DNA from: an uncultured Planctomycetota bacterium
Lineage (GTDB): Bacteria; Planctomycetota; Planctomycetia; Isosphaerales; Isosphaeraceae
NCBI GenBank assembly: GCA_963845755.1
Contig: CAWJTV010000011.1
Location: 800,001-864,000 of the forward strand
Direction of reading: 5' to 3'
Length of the DNA stretch: 64,000 nucleotides
In this document: positions 21,780-32,900 of the stretch, piece after piece
How positions within the stretch are numbered: position 1 is the first letter of the stretch
Layout: each line of letters begins with the position of its first letter
Made by a program: the position numbers and the translations under genes
Notes under the pieces: generated by a model
Database searches by the model: none
Told to the model about the DNA's origin: nothing
The model's input: only the letters and a program-made list of their open reading frames with translations

Positions 21780-24700
21780 ATGAAACGACCACTTTCGGCC
21801 TCGCATCGATCCGGTCGATCCGCGTTATGGCCTCGAGGCGAGCGACTCGAAGACCGATCTCTGATGAGCGTCCAGTTCACCATCGACCCGCTCCAGGACG
21901 TCCATCCCATCTCGCGATACATCTACGGCGTCAACCAGCCCCTGGCCGGATATACCAATTTTACCTACCAGCGACTGGGAGGCGATTTGACGACGGACTG
22001 GAACTGGGAGAATGGCGACAGCAACGCCGGCCACGACTACTACTATCAGAATGAGAGCCTCAGCGATTTCACCGGCGGCACCGATGGGCCTGGCGGCGCG
22101 GCCGTCCCGATCATTCAGAGCGACCACGCCCAGAACGCCGCCACCTTGCTCACGGTTCCCATCAACGGCGACGTCGCCGCCAACACGGCCAATGACGATG
22201 TCCTGTACGACCCCGTCACCACGGTGACGACTTCCGTCAGCTCCACGGCCACAGTCATCCCGGTCGCCAGCGCCGCCGCCATCCCCACCACGCCCTACTA
22301 CATCGTCGATCGATGGCGAGGAAATGGAAGTCACCAGCGTCAACCTGACGCAGAATGACCTCACGGTGGTCCGAGGGATCAGTGGGAGCACGGCGACACC
22401 CCAGGCCAACGACCCGGTCTATCTTTCCCCGGATGTGAGGAACAGCGGGGCGAATTACTTGCAGACCCAGTTCGAGCAAGAGCTGCCGATGAAGCCCGGC
22501 GCCCCCGGCTCGTTCACGCTCAATCCCACCCCCGGCGGCCCGGTCTACGCGGACGAGTTCGTCAACTGGGTCAATACCATGTATCCCTACGGCGAGACCA
22601 GCACGACCACCCCTATCTGGTACGAGCTGGACAACGAGCCGGACCTCTGGAACTCCACGCACACCGAGATCCAACCGAACCCCGTGACCTACGCCGAGGT
22701 CGTCCAGGATAGCATCGACTACGCCGAGGCCATCAAGTCGGTCGAGCCGAACGCGCTGGTCTTCGGGCCATCCAGCTACGGCTGGGAAGGATTCACCTCG
22801 CTGCAAGACGCGCCGGACGCCGATGGCCGCAACTGGCTGGATGATTATCTCCAGCAGATGCAGCAAGCCTCGGTCACCGCCGGAGAGCGGTTACTCGACG
22901 TGCTCGATATTCACTTCTACACATCAACGCCCGACGACCCGGCCGACATCGTGCAGGCCCCGCGCTCGCTCTGGGACCCGACCTACATGGAAAATAGCTG
23001 GATCGCCCAGAGCATTCCCGGGCCGATCGAGCTACTACCGCGGTTGCAAGCCGCCATCAACCAGTACGACCCCGGCACGAAGCTGTCGATCAGCGAGTAC
23101 AACTACGGCGGCGGCGACGAGATCGCCGGCGCGATTGCCGAGGCCGACGCCCTGGGGATCTTCGGCGAGCAAGGACTGTACGCCGCCAGCGAGTGGCAGT
23201 TGAGTTCCAACGAATCCTACATCGCTGCCGCATTCAACATGTATCGGGACTTCGACGGCAACGATAGCACGTTCGGCGACACCTCCGTTTCCGCCCGCAC
23301 CAACGACGTCACCGACACCTCGATCTATGCGAGCGTCGACTCGTCCGACACCAACGTGATGACCCTGGTCGCCATCAACAAGAGCACCCAACCGCTGACG
23401 GCGACCTTGCAGCTCGATCACGTTCAGCCGGGCGCGACGGCCGCCATTTACCAATTGACCAGCGGCTCGACGACGCCGCAGTATGCCGGCACGGTCACGA
23501 TCACCAATCCGGCCGACTTCAGTGACCTGATGCCGGGCTCCAGCGTAACGACGATCCGCATCATCTCGCCGAGCGGCCTGGGCGACGCCCCGACCGTGGC
23601 CACGCCCGCCCAGGCTTCGCCTCCCACCGTCATGGGCGTCACCACCGACCTGAGCGTCGTGGGGGCCGATGCCGGCGGGGCGTCAAACTTGACTTACACC
23701 TGGAGCACCACCACGGCGCCGGCGCCGGTCACCTTCTCGGTCAACGACACCAACGCCGCCCAGGATACCGTCGCCACGTTCCATGCGGTTGGCACCTATT
23801 CCTTCCTGGTGACGATCGCCAATCCCGGCGGCTATTTCGCGACCAGCAGCGTGAATGTCACGGTCGATCCCACGCTGAGCCACATCACGCTGACCCCTTC
23901 CGATCCGACGGCGACCGAGCAGGGAGACCAGCAATTCACAGCGACGGGCACCGACCAGTTCGGCAACGCACTGAGTGCCCCACCGAGTTATTCCTGGTCG
24001 GCCGGCGCCGGCTCCATCTCCAGCGCCGGCGTATTCGTGGCCCCGGCCGCGCCGGGGAATGTCACGATCACCGCGTCCGCCGACGGCGTGGAGGGCAGCA
24101 CCACGGATTCCGTGGTCAACCCGACGACGATCACCGTCAGCGCCCCGACCGACCTCGCCCTGCGCAACGCCGTGGCCCAGGCCAACACCGACGCCGCCAA
24201 CGGCGACGCGGCCACGATCGTCTTCGCCCCCAGCCTGGCCCGCGACATCATCGCGCTGAGCTCCGGGCCGCTGGACCTGACCGCCGGCACCGGCGCCATC
24301 CGGATCGAGGGCGGCGGCCTGATCACCCTCAGCGGCGACGGCGACACCCAGGTCTTCCAGATCGACAGCGGCGCCCAGGTCACTCTGGACGGGCTGACGA
24401 TCGAGGGCGGCAGCGCCGGCAGCAGCGGCGGCGGCATCGACAACTCTGGCACCCTGACCATCACGAACTCCACGCTCGCCGATAACACCGCCGGCACTTC
24501 AGGCGGCGGCATCGACAACACGGCAAGTCTTACGGTGACCAACGTGACCTTCACGGGCAACTCCGCTCCGACCGGCGGCGGCATCAACAATGCCGGCACC
24601 GCGATGATTGCGGATGCCACGTTCAACGGCAACGATGCGACCGGTACCAGCGGCACCGGCGGAGCGGTCGCCAGCACGGGCACCCTGACGCTGACGAACT

Positions 24701-26586
24701 CCACCCTCGCCGACAACTCCTCATCGAATGCCGCCGGCGGCATCGCCAATACCGGCCAGATGACCGTGACGGATTCCACCATCGACGACAACACCGGTTC
24801 CTACATCGCGGGCGGCATCAACAATGTCGGCACCATGTCCGTAACGAACTGCACCCTCGCCGGGAATGATGCCTACCTGGGCGGCGGCATCTACAACGGC
24901 AACTATTATGGCGCCTCCGGCAACTTGACACTGACGAATGACACGATCACGAGCAACTTCGCCGCCTATGGCGCCGGCGGTGGCATCTACATGGCGAACG
25001 GCTCTTACAGTACAACCGGCGGTAGCACGCTGACCCTGTACAACACCCTGATCGCCGGTAACTACGCCTCGGGCAACAGCGGCGATCCCCTCAGCAATCC
25101 GGTCCTCCCCTTCGGCCCGGACATCCAGGTCCATAGCGGCACCGTCACCGGCTCGAACAACCTGATCGGAGACGGCCAGGGCCTGACGGGCATCAGCAAC
25201 GGCGATGCCAACCACAATCAGGTCGGCACACCCGCGGCCCCGATCGATCCGCTCCTGGCCGCGCCGATCGAGAACGTCGATTTCACGCTGGCCCTCACCG
25301 CTCCGGTCGTCGCGTTCAATATCGCCCAGATCCCGCTGATGAACAACGGCGGGCCGACCGAGACGATCGCGCTGCTCCCCGGCAGCCCGGCCATCGGCGC
25401 CGGCACGGCGATCACCGGCGTCACCACCGACCAGCGCGGGCTCCCGCTCGACTCGCCCCCCGACATCGGGGCCTACCAGGTCCAATCCGCCTCGTCCTCG
25501 CTCGCCATCGCTTCGATCGGACCCATCGCGCCCGCCACGCGCAACACGCCCGTCACCGCGATCGATGTGACTCTCAGCGAGCCCGCCGGTCCCGGCGGAT
25601 TCACCGCCGGCGCCCTCATCCTGACCGACGACGGCGGCCCGAACCTGATCACCGGCGCGGTCGCCGTCACCCTCGTCTCCGGCTCGACCTATCAGATCAG
25701 CGGCCTTTCCAGCCTCACCGGCGCCGAGGGCTCCTACACGCTGACGGTCCACGCGGCCGACATCCCGGACTCATCAGGCAACCTGGGGTCTGGCTCGGCG
25801 TCGACCTCGTGGCTGATGGACACCACGCCGCCCACCAGCACGGTCAACGCCCTGCCGTCCCGGACGACCGCGATGGCCTTCACCGTCTCGGTGACCGCGT
25901 CCGACCCGGCCGGCGCGAACGGCAGCCCGCCCTCCGGCGTCGCCTCGATCGCCATCGACGTCTCGACCAATGGTGGACCGTTTATCCGATTTGCCACGGT
26001 GACGCCGGCCCAATTCTCGGCGACATTCACGGGCCAGGCCGGCAACACCTATGCCTTCTACAGCATCGCGACCGACAGGGCCGGCAACGTCCAGCCGACT
26101 CCCACCACCGCCCAGGCGACCACGACCCTGATCGGCACGACCTCGCCCACCCCCACACCAACACCGACTCCCACCCCCACGCCAACCCAGACGGTGATCA
26201 TCGGCGAGCAACCGCTTTTCCAGCGCAGGCTCAAGAAAGGCAAGCCCGTCGGCAAGGCGGTCCTATCCGGCTTCACGCTCGACTTCAGCGTCCCGCTCAA
26301 CTCCACGGCCGCTATGAACGCCGCGAACTATCAGCTCGACACCATCACCACCAAGCGGGTCAAGAAGGCAACTCATCAAATTCTACATACGATCACAAAT
26401 TTAAGAATATCATATCTTGTGACCAGCGACACGGTCGAGATCGCGTTCAGAGCCAAGGAGACGTTCCCGACAGGCGGTCAACTCACGGTCCTCGGCGGCC
26501 TGACGACGGCCTCGGGCGGCACGCTGAGCGGCAACGCGGTGTTCGCGATCTCCAAGGGCGGGAAGAGCCTCGGCCCATCGTCGTGA
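21780..26586 (+). CDS. Secreted multidomain glycoside hydrolase family 44 protein (GH44, Ig/PKD-like, beta-helix GGGI repeats, choice-of-anchor-Q-like, PT linker, basic C-terminal domain); frameshift near 22310
   Basis: ERLEDRSLMS N-terminal motif; RLGG...WNWENGDSNAG, LDNEPDLW (acid/base Glu) and ISEYNYGGG (nucleophile); NNGGPTETIALLPGSPAI...DQRG...DIGAY. Confidence 0.85.
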
Positions 26587-26680
26587 GTCCTCGATCCCGA
26601 CTCCCGACGGCGGGGATACCGATGCGCGAATCCTGGCGAGTTGGTGGCGGTGATGTTAGAGTAGAAGCCTGGAGGGTCCC

Positions 26681-26947
26681 ATGAACATCACGCCCGAGAT
26701 CCGGCAGGCGATCGAACGATCCGGAGGCGAGCCACTCCGGCTGGAAGATCCCTTGAGCCGGGAGTCGTACATCCTCCTGAAGGCTTCCGCTTTCGAAAGG
26801 ATCCAGCAGCTCCTCGCTCCGCTCATCAGCAAACAGGATGACTGGCAATGGGCGGACGCCTATCCCGCAGCCGATGAGGCGTTCCGCGAGGGTTGGGAAG
26901 CACCCGGTATGTCGGATTACGACGAGTACGAGAAACACCGGCCGTGA
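26681..26947 (+). CDS. Putative antitoxin
   Basis: 88 aa with acidic C-terminus (GWEAPGMSDYDEY); stop overlaps the toxin GTG start (GTGA). Confidence 0.65.
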   Translation: MNITPEIRQAIERSGGEPLRLEDPLSRESYILLKASAFERIQQLLAPLISKQDDWQWADAYPAADEAFREGWEAPGMSDYDEYEKHRP

Positions 26948-27294
26948 ACCGTGGCGATGTCGTGCTGGCGTTCTACCCGTTTGCCTCCGGATCCGGCGGC
27001 AAGAGACGCCCAGCTCTCGTCGTGCAAAACGATGCCGACAATGCGCGGATGGGGGCCACGATTCTGGCCCAGATCACGACGAACCTGGCCCGAGCGGGCG
27101 AGCCAACCCACCTGCTGATCGAGGCGTCCACGATCGAGGGCCAGCAATCCGGTCTGCTGCACGATTCACTCATATCGTGCAATAACCTGGTCACGGTCGA
27201 ACTGACGCGCATTCACAAGGTGATCGGTCGCCTTCCGGCAACGACGATGCAGAAGATCGACGATTGCCTGAAGGCCGTACTCGGTCTGCCGTGA
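26944..27294 (+). CDS. PemK/MazF family toxin
   Basis: RGDVVL..YPF....GKRRPALVVQND, ITTN, SGL..DS and ID.CLK..LGL. Confidence 0.9.
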   Translation: MNRGDVVLAFYPFASGSGGKRRPALVVQNDADNARMGATILAQITTNLARAGEPTHLLIEASTIEGQQSGLLHDSLISCNNLVTVELTRIHKVIGRLPATTMQKIDDCLKAVLGLP

Positions 27295-27453
27295 CTCGGG
27301 GATGGCCAGAAGCGCTCCGTTGGCCTTCATCTGGCTTCACCAAGCGGGCAACCTCTCGAAGTCAGGGCTGCCCCTGGGCCGGCAAGCCCAGTCATCCTCA
27401 TCCCAGGTCGTTAGAGCGCGTAACGATTGCGTTGCATACACGAGGCAAGCCGA

Positions 27454-29126
27454 TCACCGGCGGCCTATAGGGCCGCGGGAACGGCCCCAACAGTGTGGCA
27501 TGTTACCGTCTGTCGGGGCCGTTTGGGCAAAAGGGCGAGGGCTCACACGATACACAATATGAACCGCCTCGGCATCGATCTCGACCTTCTTGACCAGTGC
27601 ACAAATGATCCGACGACGCGTCGCCACGTCGCTGGTATCCAAACCGGCGCGTACCTGCGCCCGAATTCCTCGATCCGACCCATCACCAACCGTAACTCCT
27701 CCCGTTGCTGTTCCTCCTGGTCCATCGCCCGACGCTCCAACTCCAATTCTGACATTCGTGTTCGAGAAATATCCATATCTCTCTGGAATTTCTCCTTCTC
27801 GATGTATCCGTCGGCGTACATCTCCACCAGCCGCGCCAGCCTGCGGCGGACCTGACCGATCAACTTGTCCAGGCTCCGACTCGACTGAGTCGTCCCCTCG
27901 CCTCGGTTCGCCCGACTCAACCGCCGCTCGAATTCCTCAGCCAACCGCTCCGGCTCCAGCAACAACCCGCGCACATCGGACCACACCGCCTCGTCCAGAC
28001 GTTCGATCCGGATCGCCGGATTGTCGCAGATCCGGGCCCGGCCGGCGAAGGACTCGGCCTCCGCCCCATAACAGCGGTAATAGCCATAGCGACTCCCTCC
28101 CTTCTTCTTCATGGCCCGACCGCGATACGCGTAACCACACCGCTGGCACACCACCAAGCCCGCCAGCAGATGGCGCGGCCGGGGGGCCGCCTGGCCGGGA
28201 TGTCGGCGGTGCTCCGCCAGCCGCTCCTGCACGGCCTCGAACAGGGCCGGCTCCACGATCGCCGGGACCGGGATCGGGATCTGGTCCTCGGGGGGCGTCG
28301 CCGCTTTGGCGGTGTGTCGCCGTGGAAACTCGGGGACTCCCCGACGCGGGCGCAACCGGGGACGGGCCGGGACGCAATGGACCTTGTTGAAGTGGGCTGT
28401 CCCCATGTAAGCCGGGTTGCGCAGCATGCCCAGGACCGTGGCCCGATCCCAATGCGCCTTGCCCGTGCGGGTAAGGAGCCCGCGTTCTCGCAATCGTCGG
28501 CACACCTGACTGAGCGAACATCCTTCGATCCCCACCCAGGTGAAGATCTCTCGGACCACCTGGGCCTCGGCGAACTGGACGACATACCGGGCCGCGCCAC
28601 CTCCCTCCTGCTTGGTGTGGTAATGGTATCCGTAAGGCGCACCGCCCAGGACGCTGACCTGGCCCGACCGCGCCGCGTAGAGCCGGCCGCGGCGACACTT
28701 CTCACGGGCCTTGACCCGCTCGTATTCGGCGATGATCCCCTGGACTTGCAACAGCAGTCGACCCTCGGGGCTCTCATCGAGGTCGTGATTGAGGAAGACG
28801 ACCTCGACGCCCTGGCGGCGCAGCTCGTCGACCACGACCATCTGATACGGGTAATCCCGTGCCAATCGGTCGGGACACTCGATGTAGATCCGGTCGATCG
28901 CCCCGGCGGCGGCCGTGTCGCGCAACCGTTCCAGGGCGGGGCGCCGGAAGGTCTCGCCCGAATAACCGTCGTCGGCGAATTGGAGTTCCTGGGCGACGGT
29001 CAGGCCATCGGCCTGGTTCCGCCGGCGCAACAGATCGAGTTGACTGGCGATCGTGTCCTCTTGGGCCTGCTGTTCGGTGGAGACCCTGGCGTACAAGGCG
29101 GCGCGGCGGTCGATGGGTTCGGTCAT
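27454..29126 (-). CDS. Large serine recombinase, copy 2 (one -1 frameshift in a G-run near 27660)
   Basis: Same motifs as copy 1; open for about 490 codons; C-terminus in ORF 27454..27642. Confidence 0.9.
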
Positions 29127-29490
29127 CGGAGGGCCCCCGAACGGCCTGGTTGTGTGAACGAATTCAAATCAGAATCAACGAACATTTGTGGTCGTGCCGG
29201 CGTCGTCAGCGGCCTCCGGATGATGGGGAGGGCCTGCTCGAAGGCCAAGGCCAGGGCGCGGAGCTGGCAGCGGGAGGGGACGAACTCCCGGTGGATGCGG
29301 AGGCTGTGCCGTCCCAAGGCCGATCGTCGTGTCATGTCCGCTCTCCGTGGTAGGACGTCGCGAGGACGATCACCTCCATGCAAGCAGCAATCCGGCGTCA
29401 GGGTCGGGTTCAACGCCCTCTGAGGCGGCTCAGAGGGATGACAGTATCAGGTATCAACGGGCTATATGCCACTCTGTTGGGGTCATAGGA
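27478..29490 (-). mobile_element. ~2.0 kb large-serine-recombinase mobile element, copy 2 (inverted)
   Basis: Reverse complement of 19387..21398 with only a handful of differences; same end repeats and TCC core. Confidence 0.9.
29123..29335 (-). CDS. 70-aa accessory protein of the recombinase element, copy 2
   Basis: Same translation as 19542..19754. Confidence 0.6.
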   Translation of the reverse strand: MTRRSALGRHSLRIHREFVPSRCQLRALALAFEQALPIIRRPLTTPARPQMFVDSDLNSFTQPGRSGALR

Positions 29491-29664
29491 GCCCAGCCCC
29501 GGGTGAAACCCGGGGTCTCCGGCGCATCCCCCAGATCTCCGGCGGCCTGTAGGGCCGCAGGAGTCACCTCCCGGCACCCCTACAGGGTGCACGAGCATGG
29601 CGCCGTCCGACCGAGTTCCCGGGGTTTCACCACCGGGCTGGGCTCCGGCGGCCCTTCGGGCCGA
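29488..29664 (-). repeat. REP/MITE-like palindromic element (target of copy 2)
   Basis: Same hairpin series as 19222..19389 in reverse orientation, ending GGGCTGGGCTCC at the junction. Confidence 0.75.
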
Positions 29665-29974
29665 GGGAGGACGTCTGCGGTTCCGGTCCCAACCGCATTC
29701 CCTCACCGTCCCCGTCTCAGGATGCGTCAGAACGGACGCGTCGGGCTGGCGGGGCGAGTGTGCCGTCCAGGCGATAGACGCTCCAGGGCAGCGAGGTGCT
29801 GCTCATGGGTCCTGGACCTGGTAGACTCCAGCGATGAACGATCGACCAGACAGGCCGGTCCCAGTTCGCCCGTTCGGCCCAACGGCGGCCTGGAACGCCT
29901 GACCGACTTGAACGGGCCGGCAACGACGAGCGTTCCGGCGGATTGATGCAGGCCAGGCCGGTGAGTCCTCGACC

Positions 29975-32900
29975 ATGTCCAAGTTCTTCATCTCCTACCG
30001 CCGCGACGACAGCGCGGCCGATGCCGGGCGGCTCCATGAGAAGCTGACGGACCACTTCGGGCGCGGCAGCATCTTCATGGACATCGATGCCATGAGCCTG
30101 GGCCGCGATTTCCGCAAGCAGCTCGCCGACGCCGTCAACCAGTGCGATGTCTTGCTGGCGGTCATCGGCGACCACTGGCTGGATGCCCGCGATCCCAAGA
30201 AGGGCACTCGGCGTCTGGATGACCCGGAGGATTGGGTGCGGATCGAGATCGCGGCGGCCCTGGCACGGGACATCCCCGTGGTGCCCTTGCTCGTGGGACA
30301 CCAGACCGCGATGCCGCGCACGGCCGATTTGCCCGACGATTTGAAGGAGCTGGCCTATCGCCACGGCACCACCGTCCGTTCCGGGGAGGACTTCCATGGC
30401 CAGGTCAACCGGCTGATCAAGGGCCTTGAGGGTCTCGGCAAGGCGGGCCGCATCGCCGACGAAGACCCGAAGATGGCCCTGCGGCGTGCCTACGAGATGC
30501 TGGAGCTGATGGTCCGTGAGGTTTATGAACGGCGGTTCCACGAGCCGCCCGGGACCCGTTCCCTGGAGAACCTCGTCCAGCGCCTGGACCAGGCGGGTTG
30601 CCTTCCGGCCCGGTTCGATCTCGCCGCGATGATCCAGAAGCTCGGCGAGACGGGGACCGCCCAACGGGACGAGGTGTTCACCCCGGGCGACGTCCACCAG
30701 GCGCTGGCGCAACTGACGGAGGTCCTGAAGTGGTACATGGAAGGGGAGCCGCCGGAATCGCTCGGCCCGCATCCCGGACCGGAGCCTCCGCGGCCGACCG
30801 GACCTGAGGCGCGGATCGCCGTCGTACCCAAGGGACTGCGGTCGTTCGACGCCGACGACAGTAGTTTCTTCTTGCAACTCCTGCCCGGCCCGCGCGACAC
30901 GGACGACCTGCCCGAGAGCCTCCGCTTCTGGAAGCACCGCATCGAGGCTCGGGACGATCCGGCGTTCACTGTGGGGGTGATCTACGGCCCTAGCGGTTGT
31001 GGTAAGTCCTCGCTGATGAAGGCCGGGCTGCTGCCGAGATTGGCCCGGCGGATCATCCCCGTCAACATCGAAGCGACGCTCGAGGAGACCGAGATCAAGC
31101 TGCTCAACACCTTGAGGAGACGCGTCCCCGGGCTCCCGGGCGATCGCGACTTGACCCGGTCCCTCGCCGCGCTCAGGGCGGGCGAGGGCCTGCGATCCGA
31201 CCAGAAAGTCCTCATCGTCCTCGATCAGTTCGAGCAGTGGCTGCACGCCCATCGGAGCGATCGCGACACAAAGCTGACCCGGGCGCTGCGGCAGTGCGAC
31301 GGCGATCGCGTCCAGGCCATCGTCATGGTACGGGATGACTTCTGGGTCGCCCTGAGCCGGTTCATGGGCGAGCTGCGCATCGAGCTCGTTCAGGGCCGGA
31401 ACGCCGCCCTGATCGACCTGTTCGACCCGATCCACGCCGCGAACGGTGCTGTCGGAATTCGGCCGGGCGTACGGCCGCCTGCCCCGCGGCAACGAGGCTC
31501 TATCGGGCGACCAGGAGAGCTTTCTCACCCAGGCCATCGGGGGCCTGGCACCGGATGGGCGGGTCATCCCCGTCCGGCTGGCCCTGTTCGCCGAGATGGT
31601 CAAGGGCCGGCCGTGGTCGCCGGCGACGCTCAAGGATGTGGGCGGCACCCAGGGGATCGGTGTCGCCTTCCTCGAAGAGACGTTCAAATCCACCGCACTG
31701 AGAAGTCACCAGAGGGCCGCCCTGGTCGTGCTCAAGGCTTTACTCCCCGAGAGCGGCACCGCCATCAAGGGCCACATGCGGTCGCACGATGACCTGGCCA
31801 TGGCGTCGGGATACGCCGCGCGCCCGAGCGACCTGGACAACCTGCTGCGGACCCTCGATCGCGACATGCGACTGATCACGCCCACCGATCCCGAAGGGTC
31901 GGAATCCGAGGGCATGGAGGGTCTCGCTCGATCGGGCCGGTTCTACCAACTGACGCATGACTATCTCGTCCCCTCGATCCGCGACTGGTTGACCCGCAAG
32001 CAGCGCGAGACCCGGCGCGGGCGTGCCGGACTCCGGCTGTCCGACCGCGCGGCGCTCTGGAACGCCAAGCCCGAGAACCGGCACCTGCCCTCGGTGCTCG
32101 AGTGGGCGAACATCCGGCTGCTGACGAGGAAGCCGGACTGGACCGAAGCCCAGCGAGCCATGATGAAGCGGGCCGGCCGGGTGCATGGCCTGAGAGGGCT
32201 GGGCCTGGCCATCGCCGCCGTGATCGTCGCCGCCGTGGTTCTCGATGTCCGCCGGCGCATCGACGAAGACAAGCAGGCCACCATCGCCGACAACCTGGTC
32301 CAGCGCCTGCTCGTCGCCGAGACGACCCAGGTCCCGGACCTCGTCAGGGCGCTGGATCGCTACCGCCGCTGGGCAGACCCGGCATTGAAGCGCGTCGTCG
32401 CAGACCCCGGCACGATCCCCGGGCGAAACTCCACGCCAGCCTGGCGCTGCTGCCCGTCGATCCGAGCCAGGCCGCATACGTGGAGGAGCGGCTCCCCGAC
32501 GCCGGGCCAAAGGACTTGCCGGTCCTCCGAACCGCGCTCTGGGATTTCCGCGACCGCGTGGCCCCGAAGCTCTGGCAGGATCTGGATTCGGCCCGGCCCG
32601 ACGACTCGCAAGTCCGGCCCGTCGCCGGCGCATTGGCCGCTTACGATCCCCAGAGTCCCCGCTGGGCAGACCTCGGCGACAAGGTGGCCGGGGCCCTCGT
32701 CACGGTCAACTTCATTTATCTCCAGGACTGGCTGGATGACCTGCGCAGGTCCATGCGACGCTGAATCCGCACCTGTCACGGATCTTCAGGGACAAGACCC
32801 GAACCGCCGCCGTGCACACCCAGGCGACGAACATCCTGGCCGATTACGCCAAGGACGATCCCTCCCTCCTGGCCAGCCTCATCATGGACGCCGACCCGGA

